A stretch of 63,486 nt of DNA, the filler included, from Dugesia japonica (taxonomy: Eukaryota): the NCBI GenBank assembly GCA_001938525.1. It is 5 parts of 5 records of this genome, joined end to end, with 100 filler letters (N's around TTAATTAATTAA, not from the genome) between each part and the next. Parts side by side here need not be neighbours in the genome. Positions count along the whole stretch, not along the records: positions 1 to 10,932 come from MQRL01609204.1; positions 11,033 to 21,228 come from MQRL01617356.1; 3 more parts are not named here. One strand, written 5' to 3'. The position numbers were made by a program, and so were the translations under genes. The first letter of the stretch is position 1, and each line of letters begins with the position of its first letter. The notes under the pieces are model-generated. The model was not told the origin of the DNA and ran no database searches. It saw only the letters and a list, made by a program, of their open reading frames with translations. This document shows positions 1 through 14,039 of this stretch, piece by piece.

Positions 1-1029
1 AAAAGTAGAATTGGAATTATAATAAAAATAAAGTTAATAAAAGTAGAAAATAAAAAGTAATATAAAGGTAGATAAAAATTACATAATTATATAATAAAAC
101 ATTATTTTTAAAAGTTATATTTGTTGGGCTAGAACGCAAGCGCCCATAAATAAAGCGTACGAAAATTCAAGATGAAATAATACCGAAAAGAATGGGGACA
201 AAAATGTTATGAGTTATTAGTGCTGGACCAGAAATTTGATTATTGTTACTATAATGATAATTACTGTAATTATTACTATGGAATTATTGTAATGCAGAAA
301 AACAAAAAGTGGGCGTAGAAATCCCTAATTCGGATACATGTTGATAAAGAAATGGTGCCAAAAACTCATTTTAAAAATATTTTTTAAAAGTCCTTTGTTC
401 TTTCTTATGTGATTTACTCGTAAAGTATACATTTTCACATACTAATCTTTTAAACAATGTATAGGTAGTTTTTAATCCTTTACCAAATTTTACAAGAAAG
501 AATGTTAAAAAATTAAAAATAGCGAGTTTCATCCACTTTTAAAGATTTCTTTGTTTAATAAATTTTTAGGATTACGCCACTAGAACTTTTCCCATACACC
601 AATTTGTCCGTCATGTAATTGCGCGTCCAGCGATGTAAAGTTCGGCGCAATATCATGTTTCTACTTGACTGTCTTTAAAATACTAAATTCCTTTGTTCCC
701 ATTTTTCGACCGGAAGGAAGCATTTTAGGATACAAGTTGATGAAACATTCCTATCTTACTTTTTAATTTTACATCTAACCATAAATTTTTGCCCCATATT
801 TAACTAACATCCTGTATATATAAAGGAAAGATAAAATACGTGTAGCAAATGAAATATGAAATTACTATATAATTAACAATATATTATGAGGAAAATAGTA
901 CTGTCAAATCACAATAGTAATTGAAAAAGGTTTAGCTAAATATTTGTTTAAATATACTACGTTGATGATGTTTAATAATTAAAAATGAATGTGCACTTTT
1001 TTTATAATTTTTGTGAAAAACTAAAGGAA

Positions 1030-2005
1030 TGCTAAATAGCAGAACTCACGCTAACGAATTTTCTGAAGAGGGAGTGAATAAAATTTCCGAATGAGGTGTA
1101 GAATGAGTTGAAAACTCAAGCAGTGATGAAAAGGTTGGACGAACATTACACAAGAGACGGGTTCAATTAGAGGTTAATATTGACGAAAGTAATGGAGTGC
1201 AAATTCATAATGCCTCTACCGCGGACACAAGCATCGACTACAGCGCTGGATTGATTGAAGAAGAACTCAAAAAACCAGACATGTTCCCAATCGTTACTAG
1301 ATGTGCCCATCCTTTGCAACCATAAAAAATAATTGTTTTCCAGTATTATTATAGCTTTTTTAGAGATGCAGCGCTTAACGAACACGGAACAACTATCCCT
1401 TCCACAGTCAACTAATTCGTTAATTGGCAGCTTGCCAATTTAGTCTAAACAAGAGATCAATTGGCAATGCATTATTCAAGGCGAAGGAGGGTACAGCCAG
1501 TGCAGGCATTATCAAGGAATGGGAAATAATAGTGGAGAGTGAGATACCCACAGCTCTTATTGATCGACGATTTGAACGACCACATACGACTAAAAGACTG
1601 GTCAATAGCTCTGGAGTATCTCAGCAACAACGGGATATTGGAATATCGATGGGAATTCGATACCAAGCTGCATGCANGATTGGTAGCGATCCAATAGATT
1701 CAATTATTAGACGGACTTATCCGAATTTCGTCAAGAAGTTGCAACCTATGACTGTGGGGTACCCAGAGAACGCCAAGATGCTAATTAATTCTCTACACCG
1801 CTCCTTATTGGAAACACCCAGAACAGAATTACAACAAGTGTATTTTGAGCGGATACACAAACTACCTCAACGCCGTCCGATAAACAATGAGATCCTAAAG
1901 GAATACATAATTCCAGCAGCTAAAAAATACGAAAATGATTGGTATTGTTTTATTAATAAATGTTATTTTGAAAAATTGTTTTTAATAAATATTTTATGTN
2001 TTTAG
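1030..2005 (+). pseudogene. Unidentified coding-like remnant (193-aa open stretch 1424-2005)
   Basis: Visibly GC-richer than flanks, protein-like composition, stop-interrupted frame upstream; no family recognised. Confidence 0.3.
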
Positions 2006-3232
2006 TTTTTATAAGTAGTATATATCAAAATTTGTTGAAACATCACATGCAAAACATCACATGCAAGCAAAGGCAGACATCCAAGATATGCATACACAAA
2101 CAAGCATCAACTACAAATTTATATACATAACCAAAAACTCCCAATCAATTCAATCCAAAACAAATTCTGCGAATGAAGAATCAAATGAATTAGACATTTT
2201 ATTGTTGAACATTATTACATGTGAAATCGATTTATAAAACATTATTTTTGCTCTTTGTCATGTGTAAAATAATTTTGTTTTTATTTTTAATAATACCATT
2301 TTTAACTTTTTATTAATGTGCATATTACCAATTGACTAATTCTTGGCTTTTATGTGTATATTGTTAATTGATAATTTCAGTAATCAATATTTCATTTCAT
2401 TTTATTTAATAACACCGTGTGGATTTTATTTAACTTAATTTCATTTTTATGGATCCATATTGTGCGGATTTTATTTAACTTACATGCAGATTTGCTAAAA
2501 GTATGAAATTTTTCTATAAAATTTAATTGATTTTTAATAATTATAAAAAAATTTTCTATAAAATTTTATTCGTAATCACATTGATTTTAACATTTGTCAG
2601 TGTTTTGTTATCGTGGNNNNNNNNNNNNNNNNNNNNNNNNNNNNNNNNNNNNNNNGAAGCTGAACACACTTAAATTTTTATATCTCAAGTGAAGTTGAGG
2701 TTTACCGAAACAACATTTCTGAGATCAAAATATAAAAGCATATTTTTATTATCAACGTGTACAATATTTAAGTTGTCAATAAATTTTTTTTAAAAGACAA
2801 GTAATTCTATCATTATTTAAATAGCTGACTATATAGGGTATTTATAACCATATTTTTCATGTATATATATATATATATATATTAACGATATTAAGATTAA
2901 ATAAGGAAAACATATAAGTATAATATATCTGATTCGGATTGTTTAAGGACAAATTAAGAGACTATTAAACTCATGCAATTGCTGATTTGCCTCGGCAACA
3001 ATCCCCAAAGCATCTCAATAAAAACATTAATTAATGCAAAAGAGATGCAATTCAGATGCAATACATTAACAACACAAAATCACTCAAAATCACATGTCTA
3101 ATAATTTTTAATCTCATAAAACCAATAAAAATATATTTTAAAAAAATTGAAATTCACCGTAACTAGACTTAATTAAAACAAATATATGACAGCATCAATA
3201 TATAATTAATTTTAAAAAAATAACAATATTAA

Positions 3233-4205
3233 TGTTGGGGTGAAACACACCTTGGTAAAGAAAATAAAGGCTAGAGAACTCAAATCAGAAAATAATATTG
3301 GAGGGGGCTGTAAAGAAAACTGGTAAGGGCTAATTATCATCTAGTCGGAATTATAATCGTTTTATCAATAAAAAACCCTGAGGAAAATCCAATAGATAAT
3401 AAGAAGATACCGGTTGAATAGAATATGGGTTCAAATCAATCGCATAATCAAAAAAAATAATTTACCATTACAAAAAAATGGAAAATTATTATTAAAAATA
3501 ATAGTTAATTAGCAAGAAAAAATTAATTATAACCAAAAAATAAATTAAATTAGGCGGAAATCAGTTTTTGTGGAATAACTTCACTCTAGAAGACCCTAGA
3601 GAACACCAACAAGAAAAACTGGAAGGAAAGAGTCAATGCCATTGAATGTTCTAACAAGAATATCCTACCAGCAACAGAAGGCTCACTAAAAGGGTTTGAA
3701 GAATAGGTCAAAAGGAGGCCAGAAAAGAAACATGAAACAAAGAACTAAAATCACAAGGTACTCCAAAATAGGCACCAATAATGTAGCAGAAAATTGTCAA
3801 ATTTTTAGAATTTTAGACAAAAATCCAATCAGAAACAAGAAATTCAAAACAAAAATCGAAGGCTAATGGAGATTGTGCCGAGTTGTATCGGAAAATGGTA
3901 TATAAATCCCCAAATTTCAGACGAAATCACCCTTAAATTTGAGTTTTAACAGTTGTTACAGTACTGCACTATTTCTAAGAAACATTTATAAGCAATAATT
4001 ACCATACGAATCTATTGAAGAATCCATCGGTTAATTAGAATTAATTAGTGAAAAAGATTTTGCACCTATAGAATCAGTAGAGAAAAAAGCGGAGTAAAAA
4101 ATATTGTAGATTAAACACGATTAACTTTATTTCGAAGGAAATCAAAAGAAATCGATTATCCATTTCGATATACTTTACAGCTGTTATTCAGATAGACCCG
4201 TTGCA
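3233..4205. repeat. LTR-like repeat, copy 1 (973 bp)
   Basis: Starts TGTTGGGGTGAAACAC, ends CCCGTTGCA; same termini, near-identical length and patchy internal similarity to 6735-7705. Confidence 0.65.
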
Positions 4206-5775
4206 NNNNNNNNNNNNNNNNNNNNNNNNNNNNNNNNNNNNNNNNNNNNNNNNNNNNNNNNNNNNNNNNNNNNNNNNNNNNNNNNNNNNNNNNNNNNNNN
4301 NTTATTTTAATTTTTGAGAAATGTTAAATATGATTTATCAGTGTGTATTTCTAGACTAATAGCCGCATAACAAATCACTTTCGGTTTATTATGAAAATAA
4401 ATTAATTAAATATTCAAGCATTTTTCGTAACCACCAACCTCAATAATTCTATAATAACAAGAAATGTTTATGATACTTCAAGTTGAAATAAGCGAATTCC
4501 ATAAATTATAGAAGATAACATTTTTAAGTCAAAATATCTTAATATACTGTAAAAAATGTAATTTTCAAGCTGTATTGAAATTAATTTAATGATTCAAAAG
4601 CATTAAATCTCATACAATTGATACGATTATAAAATTCATAAGATACTAAACAATTATGAAATTAAGAATTCATTAAGAATCTTTATGAAAATTGACATAN
4701 NNNNNNNNNNNNNNNNNNNNNNNNNNNNNNNNNNNNNNNAAATCAACTTATTTTAATTAAAGTCTAACCTTTAAATTAATTTATTGCTTTTATCAAAATG
4801 TTGACATTTTAAAACAAGCTGATTTTAATAGTTCAAACATGGCTTCTAATGAAATATTATATTTATATTTTAAACAAATGAATTAGATATTTTTTAGGGG
4901 CATTTATAAAAATAACACAAATTTTATTTTATTTACAAATATAACAAATTTTATTTTAANTATAAAACTAACATATTTTTGTATCATTTAAAAATCTTAC
5001 ATAAAATTTTATAAATCCTATAATAATGACATTAGTAAATGATAATCAGTTAGAAATGTCGGAAATTTTTGAAATCAAGAGAATATGATTCCATAGATGA
5101 GTTTTTATATTTATTTTTTCATCAAAGCTTTATCAGAAAATTACATTTTAAAATAAAACGATGAGAGAAAAAGATATTGCAGCTGCAATGAAGAAATGCT
5201 GATTGTAATTTTTGTATAGTGCTGATTTTTAATAAACAAAAGGCATATTTTATCTTTGAGCATTCATGCGCACGCTTATCCAACATAGTTATTAGTTCAA
5301 AAGTATGTGATCTTATATTAAAAAATGAAGATTTAGAATTGATAACGATAAAACAGATACAGGCAAAGTGCTTTCCGCAATATCTGGTTAATGTATGTTA
5401 TCACATATGTGGATATGCATTGATTTCGGCTAAAGAGCTAAAAAGGCTCATATTAGAATACAGCCATTCTTATATTCACTTGCTTTAAAACTTAGTCTCT
5501 GGAAATTTCAGTTTCTTGATGAAATCACAAGAAGGAAGATTTCAGACATTTCTTGTTTTTATTTATTTATTTTATTAATTTTCCGACAGGTGAATTAGGA
5601 TTTCTAATATGTTTATCTGTTCTTTCGTGTTTAGCTTAATGTTTACGTAAACTAGAAGAATTACATACAATATAGAAGATAACATTTTAAAGTCAAAATA
5701 TCTTAATATACTGCATAAAATGTAATTTTCAATTACCAAGTTTGATCACTCATTTTATTTATTTATTTTTAAAAA

Positions 5776-6734
5776 TTATGCGTCTTCTCTAACGTTTTCT
5801 ATTATACTTATTTTATCTCCGCTTAATCTCATTTCAATTTTCTTTTCTTCAAGAATTAAACAGTATAATTTAGCTTTGAAACCTGTATCTTTTGTGCAGT
5901 GTAAATTTACATCAACATTATTTATCACCAATTTATCGTTTTGTGCTGGCGCATCAATACAAAAGATTGGGTATAAACTTTTGAAATCTTGTAAACTAAG
6001 TTGTGGTTTAATTTTAAATTTTTTACAACAATTTACAAATGAACTAAAATGAAATAACATTTCGTTATTTGTTAACTTGATAATTTATTTTATTTAACTG
6101 TATTTGTATTGATTTTAAACTATTAGTTCCNTCTTTAACTATAAATAAATTATTATTCTTTTGAAAAGAAATATATATATCTTTAAAACCAATTAAAATA
6201 TATCTAGATCTATAAGCTAAATTTGCTAAATTAACAGAATAGGTTGATCCATCGCCTATATCAACAACAGAACAAATACTATTTTAATAATTTGCATATA
6301 TAGATTTACTTGGATTTAATTTTTATAATAAGCTTACTTCTGATCTTGGATTTAATGTCTACTCAGGTATATGTAATTCTATTGTTCTTAGCTTACATTT
6401 ATCTGTTAATGCAGCTGCTCCATAAAAGATTTTTTTGTCTTCTACTTGTCTATTACATATTAATTCGATAAATATATTATGTATAACTCTATCATAATTC
6501 TGTATAAAAGCCGATTAAATATTTTTAATCAAAATATACTTCAAAGTTTTTTGCTGCATTATATAATGATTTTCTTTTATAATAACCAGTTTTAATATCC
6601 TTTCTTGTAACATTGTTAGTTCCTACATTGTCAGCAGGGATCCAATCAGTCATTTATCCTTATTCCTTTTTATAATCAGAATCAGTTAAAATAAAATTTA
6701 ACATAGATGAATAAACTCCTGGATTTAAAACAGA
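5776..6734 (-). pseudogene. Polinton major capsid protein remnant (C-terminal ~2/3)
   Basis: Collinear with MCP at 32106-33414: NPGVYSSMLNFILTDSDYKKE vs YPGVISSMLNLVLTSETWKKE; TIELHIPE vs TFELHIPE; PQLSLQDFKSLYPIFCID vs PQLSLMDFGNLYPMFCFD; stops and frameshifts. Confidence 0.88.
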
Positions 6735-7705
6735 TGTTGGGGTGAAACACCCCTTAAAGTATAAAAAACAAATCAAAGGGGAAATAAAGCACAGAAAGCA
6801 ACCATAAAAGGAAATGAAGTTAAAATAAAGAAGATGCAAGGAAAATAGAAGCAACATATGATCCATAATTAAGAAAAAATTAATAAACAAAAAGAATTAA
6901 TAAGAAAAAATATTATAGAAAATAATTAATTAATATGGAAAAATTAATTAATTTCCTGCAAAAAATCAAACGAAATTAGATGAAAATCTGTTTTTACGGA
7001 TAACTCCGGCCCCAGATGTCAGAAAATATTCCAACAAGAAAAATCGAGAAGAAAATAGTCCAGTGCAATTAGGACCCTAAAAAGAAAAAATGTACCACCT
7101 TCCAGAGGGGTATGGTAGGGATTCTAAGATTCGACCAATGAGCAGNCAGAAAANGAAAATAGAACAAAGACACCGATGTCAGGTGCTGCTCTAAAAATAA
7201 TTGCCAATCATGGCACTAAAAATTACAGAAATTTTTAGAAAATTGGTGCTGGCACCAATAGAATTGAAAAAGAGCTGGTACAAAAATACCAGCAAATCGG
7301 AACATAGTAGGGGTGTCCAGAAAATCCTATAAAAGNAACCCCGGTTTTAGACGAAAAAACTACAAAAATTTCAAAAATCAACTACGAACCACTGACACTA
7401 AAATTTTGTATTTTACCAAATTGCGAAGCGCATAAACAATTTAGACAACAGTTATACCCATTGAATCCAGTCAACGTTATAATAACCGAAGTTTTAGAAA
7501 ATCNAGAAGTGCACACTCACTATTCACGAATATTATTACATCAAGGAGTCAGTTAAAACCAAATATTTCTCCCTAGTTAATTATTTAATTCAGCAAAACC
7601 ACCGATAAAGGAAAAGAAACTTCATTACCCTTCCAAATTAAGTCAATTGCCGAGCGAGTTGAAGATTTCCGAACCAGCTATTAACAGTCTAGATTTCCCG
7701 TTGCA
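6735..7705. repeat. LTR-like repeat, copy 2 (971 bp), truncating the MCP remnant
   Basis: TGTTGGGGTGAAACAC...CCCGTTGCA termini shared with 3233-4205; MCP homology ends exactly at its boundary. Confidence 0.65.
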
Positions 7706-10700
7706 GAACTTTTGAAAATTCTCTTTTCGAAATTATATATAAGTAATTATTAATTTTATTTTTAATGTTAACTCGTTGTCAAAAAAGAATTATAATAAAT
7801 CATTCCGAGGAATTTAATTATGCTTTACATAATAAAATGAACTGATTCATAATAAAATAATCTGTATATATGTAATTATGATTTACAATAATAAAATAAA
7901 TTGGGTATAATAGATAACGTTGATAAAAATAATTATGAGATTATCAAAGCAATTTCAATAAACGTAATTCGGCTTATCCCCGTTAAATTACTCGGACAAA
8001 TAATTGAAAGAGAGTATTGTCGAAATGATCCGGTTATGATTACCTTATATTAAATTAAGAATTAGTTTTATTAGAATTAAGTTAAATACTGAATGCATGC
8101 ACACTAATAATTAATAATGCATCTATGAACGTAATCCAAAGATATCGACATAAAGTCAACCTAAAATATAAAAAAATAGAATAAGTTTAGTACTGTGCTT
8201 TAAACATATCGAAATTATGCTAACATTAAAATAGAGAAAAACAACTCATGAAAGTCCGAGAAAATTTATTGAATACAAAATGAATACCTGAAATCTGAAA
8301 AACTCCACATCATAGAAGTATGGAAATTTTAATTAATCCGCTGAACTTGTTGCGTTGTCAAATTATCCAGTTGTTGACCCGACAGCACAGTAATGATTTA
8401 CTAAATTCCACCGAATGTGAGTGTATATCCCGACGAAGAATAAGTAAACTGCTAAAATTCATGAGCTATTAAAAAAATTATAGAATTGATCAAGCACCGG
8501 ATTAGCATCAGTTAATGTGAATGCATAACACACAGGCATAATAAAAGGCAGAACAAATCTGATAAACGATGAGTCATAGGATAGGATGACTGTGCGCGTT
8601 GCCAAGGGTGACGTACAAAATATACATTTTCAAATTGGCATTGAATCATTAACCCTGAAATTTTTTTTTTGAACTCCAAGAGTATCGTTGTTTAATATTT
8701 GGTTAACTTAAGTATTACATTAAATTAAATAGTTTTGCTCACCGGCAATTATTTCCAACCCCGTAGCAAACTATCGGAGAAAATTTGTATCGGAATGAAG
8801 TTAAATTAACGACCCCAGTTCATGAGAAAATTTTCCATCAAGGGTCCGGTGTTAGGAGGAAAGTTTTTTATTATCATCATAGACATTATTATTATTGCGA
8901 TTAATTATATGGCCATATTGTTATTGATATTATCAGTAGTGCTATTATGGCTCTTATTATTGCTCTAATTCGTACATTTAGTATTACCCATATTGTACCA
9001 TTGAATTTAGCCGACTTTGATTCTTATTGCTATTATTATATCTGATTTTATGATAAATGTCATTATGAGAAAATCATTACTATTCGTACCACTACTACTA
9101 TTAAATGATTATTACTATTATTATCATATTTATTTTAGTATAAATACCATTACGAACACTATTATTCTTATCGTTACCATTACTACACGCATATTACTAC
9201 TGTTATTAGGGTTATCATTACTATCAGTATTAGTAGGTCTATTAAGTTTATTACTCATAATGGAGAATCGCCTTATTATCGTGTACGTGGATCAGCTATA
9301 TAATTACTGAAAATCTCTTATTATCTTCCACCTTAATAACATCAGGCGCCTAATATTACCATGGGGTATAACACGAATATAGGGAACATCTGAATGGTAA
9401 ATTCATCATTTTTCACTCCGGAACTATCGTCATCATTAAGAACAAGGTTAATAAAAGTGCGGCTCATGATTTACTAACATTATTAACCCAATTTTGACGA
9501 ACCCAGGTTGTTGTTATCTAGAATCCTTGTAATGTTGTTCATTTTAGTTCATGCCAGCCCAGCTACGCCACATGCTTCGATGGATCAAACAGCGGCGTCA
9601 GTCTGTTAGGCTCAAGCAGCTAATTGCGCATTATCTAACCCATGGAACCGTGGAACATCCGGACGAAACCGATTTAGAATGTTTCGCCGAGATGTTCTCC
9701 CTTACACCTCGAGTTGATCTTGACGAGGAAGAATGAACAACCTATTTGAGCTGGAACTTTCCTTTTGGTCGTGTGTTTTATTAAATAAAACAGTTTTTTC
9801 TTTAGGTTAAATTGAATTAATAGTGAGTTCACAATTCTTAATGCATAGTATATTTGATTAGTATCATTTATCTTTTATAGGCTTGTAATAATGGAGTATG
9901 TTTGGAACGTAACTTTGGATACACGATCTGGACTGACTACTTTTAAGAAGTTTAAAAATCCCTATAATCAAGACGCGGGAGTATTGGTGGAACGCTCCAA
10001 AGTGTCCCCAGAACAAGCCGAATATGATCGTCACTGGGACGAGACTGAGAGGGCCGCCTACTATCATTGACGTGGNNNNNNNNNNNNNNNNNNNNNNNNN
10101 NNNNNNNNNNNNNNNNNNNNNNNNNCTCGAGTTGATCTTGACGAGGAAGAATGAACAACCTATTTGAGCTGGAACTTTCCTTTTGGTCGTGTGTTTTATA
10201 TACATATATATATGGGCGTCCACAGGGGGGCGAGGGGAAGCATTTGCTCCCCATAAATTTTGGTAATATTTAAAAAAATAATATCTTTTGCTTGTTAAAT
10301 GATTAGTATAAGATGACTTCATGGTTACTATTATATGTAAAAACGTCAATTTATTTACGTTCTCTGGCTAAGGTTATAATATAAATAAAGTAATTAAAGT
10401 AAGCATCAGAGTCGTTTTCAGACTTCAGTAACGAAAATAAAATTATCTTAATTTTTCATAATGAATGTCATTATGCCAATTTTTTTTCTCATTTAAATTT
10501 TTATCCAAACTATTTTCAAGATAACATAAAAGATTTTAAAAATATATAAATTTCGAAATTTTTAAGTTTTTTTCCTGAAATATACATTCAGATATAGTTA
10601 AAAACNGGATTGCAGACAACTCAAAACAGACATATCGTACCAAATGCAAAAATTAACGAAAAGNAAGGNAAATAAATTAAAGTNCAGAAATTATCGGAGA

Positions 10701-10932
10701 AAAAGGGAATGAAAATATAAAACGTCGGTTGAAATAACGATTAAGCTACAAATTATGAGGTACTGGGCCAGCAATTATAATTAAGATTATTATTATTATA
10801 TAATTATTATTATTATAATTATTATGACTTCTTGTAAAAAGATGAAGTCAGAATTGTTCATCAACGAACTCATCAAGAGAAAATGAGTAATCTTCAAGCA
10901 TAGTTCGAACGATTAAGGATAGAAAATAAAAA

Positions 10933-11032
10933 NNNNNNNNNNNNNNNNNNNNNNNNNNNNNNNNNNNNNNNNNNNNTTAATTAATTAANNNNNNNNNNNN
11001 NNNNNNNNNNNNNNNNNNNNNNNNNNNNNNNN
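10933..11032. other. Artificial contig-joining spacer
   Basis: 44 N + TTAATTAATTAA (stops in all six frames) + 44 N = 100 nt; same structure four times in the window. Confidence 0.95.
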
Positions 11033-11545
11033 TAATAGTATATTTATACTACATTTAACAAGGAAAAATTCATCAATAATAATCAAATGATAATAATAAA
11101 TGGTTAATAATAAATGGTTAATTATGATAAATGTGTAATAAAAATAATAATCAAAAATTATTTCCAGGGGAAATTAATTCGAAAGGGTAATTATTTCCAG
11201 TGGGAAATTATGTCTGTATCACCAAACAGCTAACATATATGATTCCATTATTTGAAAGTCCAAATTTGAAAATAATCAATGTATTTAAAGAGCTGATGGA
11301 AATAGATTTTGAAGATGATATTTGTCAAATTAAACAATATAATTTACACAGACTGAACAAAGTGGCATACGATCAATTGTTGAACTTAAAAATGATGACG
11401 TGGATCTAATTTCATATTCCAAACTTGAAGAATGTCAGCCAATTTCAAGCAGTGTTGAAAGAAGCTTTAGCTAAATAAACTGTTTGCTAAAGATAGACGT
11501 TTTAAGCTAAAAAATTATAAATATTATTTATTTGCAATATATAAT

Positions 11546-11652
11546 TATTATTCATAAATCACTAAAATAATATTTATTCAAATAAAACAGGTTCAAATTA
11601 TCCTCTTCTAAAATCTGAATATTTAAACACTTCATTTTTATATTATATCACA
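11546..11652 (-). repeat. 3' LTR (107 bp)
   Basis: Ungapped alignment to 16986-17092; preceded on the minus strand by a polypurine tract (A-run then GAGGGG, 11653-11663). Confidence 0.9.
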
Positions 11653-11755
11653 CCCCTCTTTTTATCATTCAAATTCCTGAATTCTTTTGCTGGTTTACGT
11701 CTTTCTCTTGTAAGATTTCTTCTTTGTATCACGCTTGTTAATTGTTCCAGTTTGA

Positions 11756-12430
11756 TTATTGAACTCCTTTTGATTGGCTTATTATTGTTGTATTCTTAAG
11801 ACTCCTTTCTCTTTTCTCCTCTAGCTTTTCTATTGTAAATCTTTTCATTTGATAAACATTACGAATTAGCAATTTCCTTTTGTAACTCATTCTTATATTA
11901 TCGTATGGTAATATTTCTGTTACTCGACATGGTCCTTTATATCGCTTCTTTAACATTCCTTTCTTTTCTGATTTGATCTTTACCATATCACCAATTTTTA
12001 TTTGGTAGTTATTATTAAAATTTACATTCACTTTTGCTCTTAAATTTGGATTTATTCTGTCTAAATTTACTTTAATAGTCTCTAAATATTGATCCAGATT
12101 TTTAAAGTTGACTTGTTTGTTATTTAAATAAGATTGGAATTGTTTGCCAAAAGCTTTTTCAAAAGGAGAATAATTAGTTGTTTCATTTTTGTTACTCTCA
12201 TACCCATTTCGACGAATAGAATGACATCTATCCAATTTGTGAGAAATTTCAAGCTGGTTGCATAAATTCTATCTTTTGCAGTTCTAAACATTCTTTCTAC
12301 CAAGCCGTTTCCTTGATGATAGTATGGGCTTGCAAAGGTTTGATTTATTTGAAGAACTTTGTAAAATTCTTCCATGAAATTTTTTTTGAACTGACGTCCA
12401 TTATCGGAGTAAATAATTTTTGGCATTCCA
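11756..12430 (-). pseudogene. Gypsy integrase, frameshifted
   Basis: PKIIYSDNGRQF, SPYYHQGNGLVER, YSPFEKAFGK, RYKGPCRV (GPY/F-like). Confidence 0.9.
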
Positions 12431-12529
12431 AATAATCTTTTATAAATTTTTATAATAGTTACAAAAAGCTATAAAGAAATGTAAATCTGAGTAACACCCT
12501 GGTTCTGACCAATTTCGAATTTTTTCTAT

Positions 12530-13260
12530 CTTTATTGGGTGTTTTTATACCTGCCGTAATTCTATGTTCCAGATACGAAACTTCCTTTAGAAAAAAAACA
12601 CATTTTCAGGTTTTAATTTAACTCCCAATTCTTCCATTCTAGCTTCTACTTCCAATCGACTAAGATGTTGTTCACAAAAGTTTCCAAATATCAATACATC
12701 GTCCAGATAATTAAGACATTGTTCCCAATTTTCATTTTGCAATATCAAATGCATAAGTATTTGAAATGTTGCTGGAACTGAACTCAGGCCAAATGGCATT
12801 CTATTAAATTCATACTGCCCTCTCCTAGTAGAGAATGCTAATTTTTGTTTATCCACCTCATTTACTTTGACATTATAATATCCATTAGATAAGTCTAAAA
12901 CGCTAAATATTTTTGCTCCACCCAGTGCATCAAAAAGATGAGAAGTTTCTGGAATTGGATATATTGGTGTGATTGTGACGAAGTTTAACTGCCGATAATT
13001 GACACATAATCTCATGTCACCATTGACTCTAGTGATACACACTAAAGGTACATTCCACGGGCTTTCACTTTTCCTAATTATCTCTTTTTTCAATAAATCT
13101 GCAACTAAATTATCAACTTTATCCTCAAGTCCTATCGTTATTCGTCTAGATGAAACAGCGATTGGCGCTTATTATTTCGTGGAAATGTAATGCTTTAGTG
13201 TTTTATAATGCCCAATACCCGTGTCGCAATATCTAAATATATTAGCATATTTTAATATTA
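12530..13260 (-). pseudogene. Gypsy reverse transcriptase (RNase H apparently deleted)
   Basis: SPWNVPLV, MRLCVNYRQLN, LDLSNGYY, MPFGL, YLDDVLI. Confidence 0.92.
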
Positions 13261-14039
13261 ATCTCTTAGCCTTTTTTATGTTCTAAAGGAATGTCATATT
13301 CTTTTTCGATTCGATCAATCAATGCGTTTACAGGAAACACCTCTAATTTGTCTGAATAAAAATTTCTGATGAACTCACTTTTTTCTTTCCAGATTTCTAA
13401 GCTACCCATTCTTGTGCCTTTATAAAATTCTCTTTTGGAATCTGATAAATTGTAAAGTCTTATAGGAATCTGTCTGTCTTTGTCAACAGACACTATCAAA
13501 TTAGCTGACAAGATATCTAAATTTGCTATCTTATCTTTTTAACCTACAAAGATTCCTCCTTTAATTTTGAATTCATCACAGTCAATTGATCCACGTAAAA
13601 AATATTCTTTACTCTTTTCTAAGACTACAGTTTCGTCCAAAATGATACGTAAAGAGCAATATTGAGCCTCGTTTTCTAAAGCACCTGAATCATGACTCCT
13701 AAGATTAATGCTTGTTAGTTTTCTACTCCTTCATCCTAAACTTTTGATACATATGGTATAGCTTGATTCCTAATATATATACAGTCATCCTGTGGCACAG
13801 TTTGTATTCTGTGTGTTTTCATCGATTTAGTTCCAATGATAATCTTTGGAAAAACTTTTTCTACCACTTTAAATTCTAGTGTCAATTCCTTTTCTCCAAT
13901 TACTAGTTCAACTTTCACAACCCACATGATTTTCATAGGCGATCCGTTTGCACAGTACAATTTTTCTGTTCTTTTGAAAAATTTAATCTGTTTGTTACAT
14001 TTTCTCAATTTACATAATAAATTATAAACCATTACATTT

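Noticed and set aside
9017-9310. Hydrophobic ORF as a membrane protein (also 60571-60810)
   Set aside because: Translation of low-complexity (TAT/ATT)n DNA.
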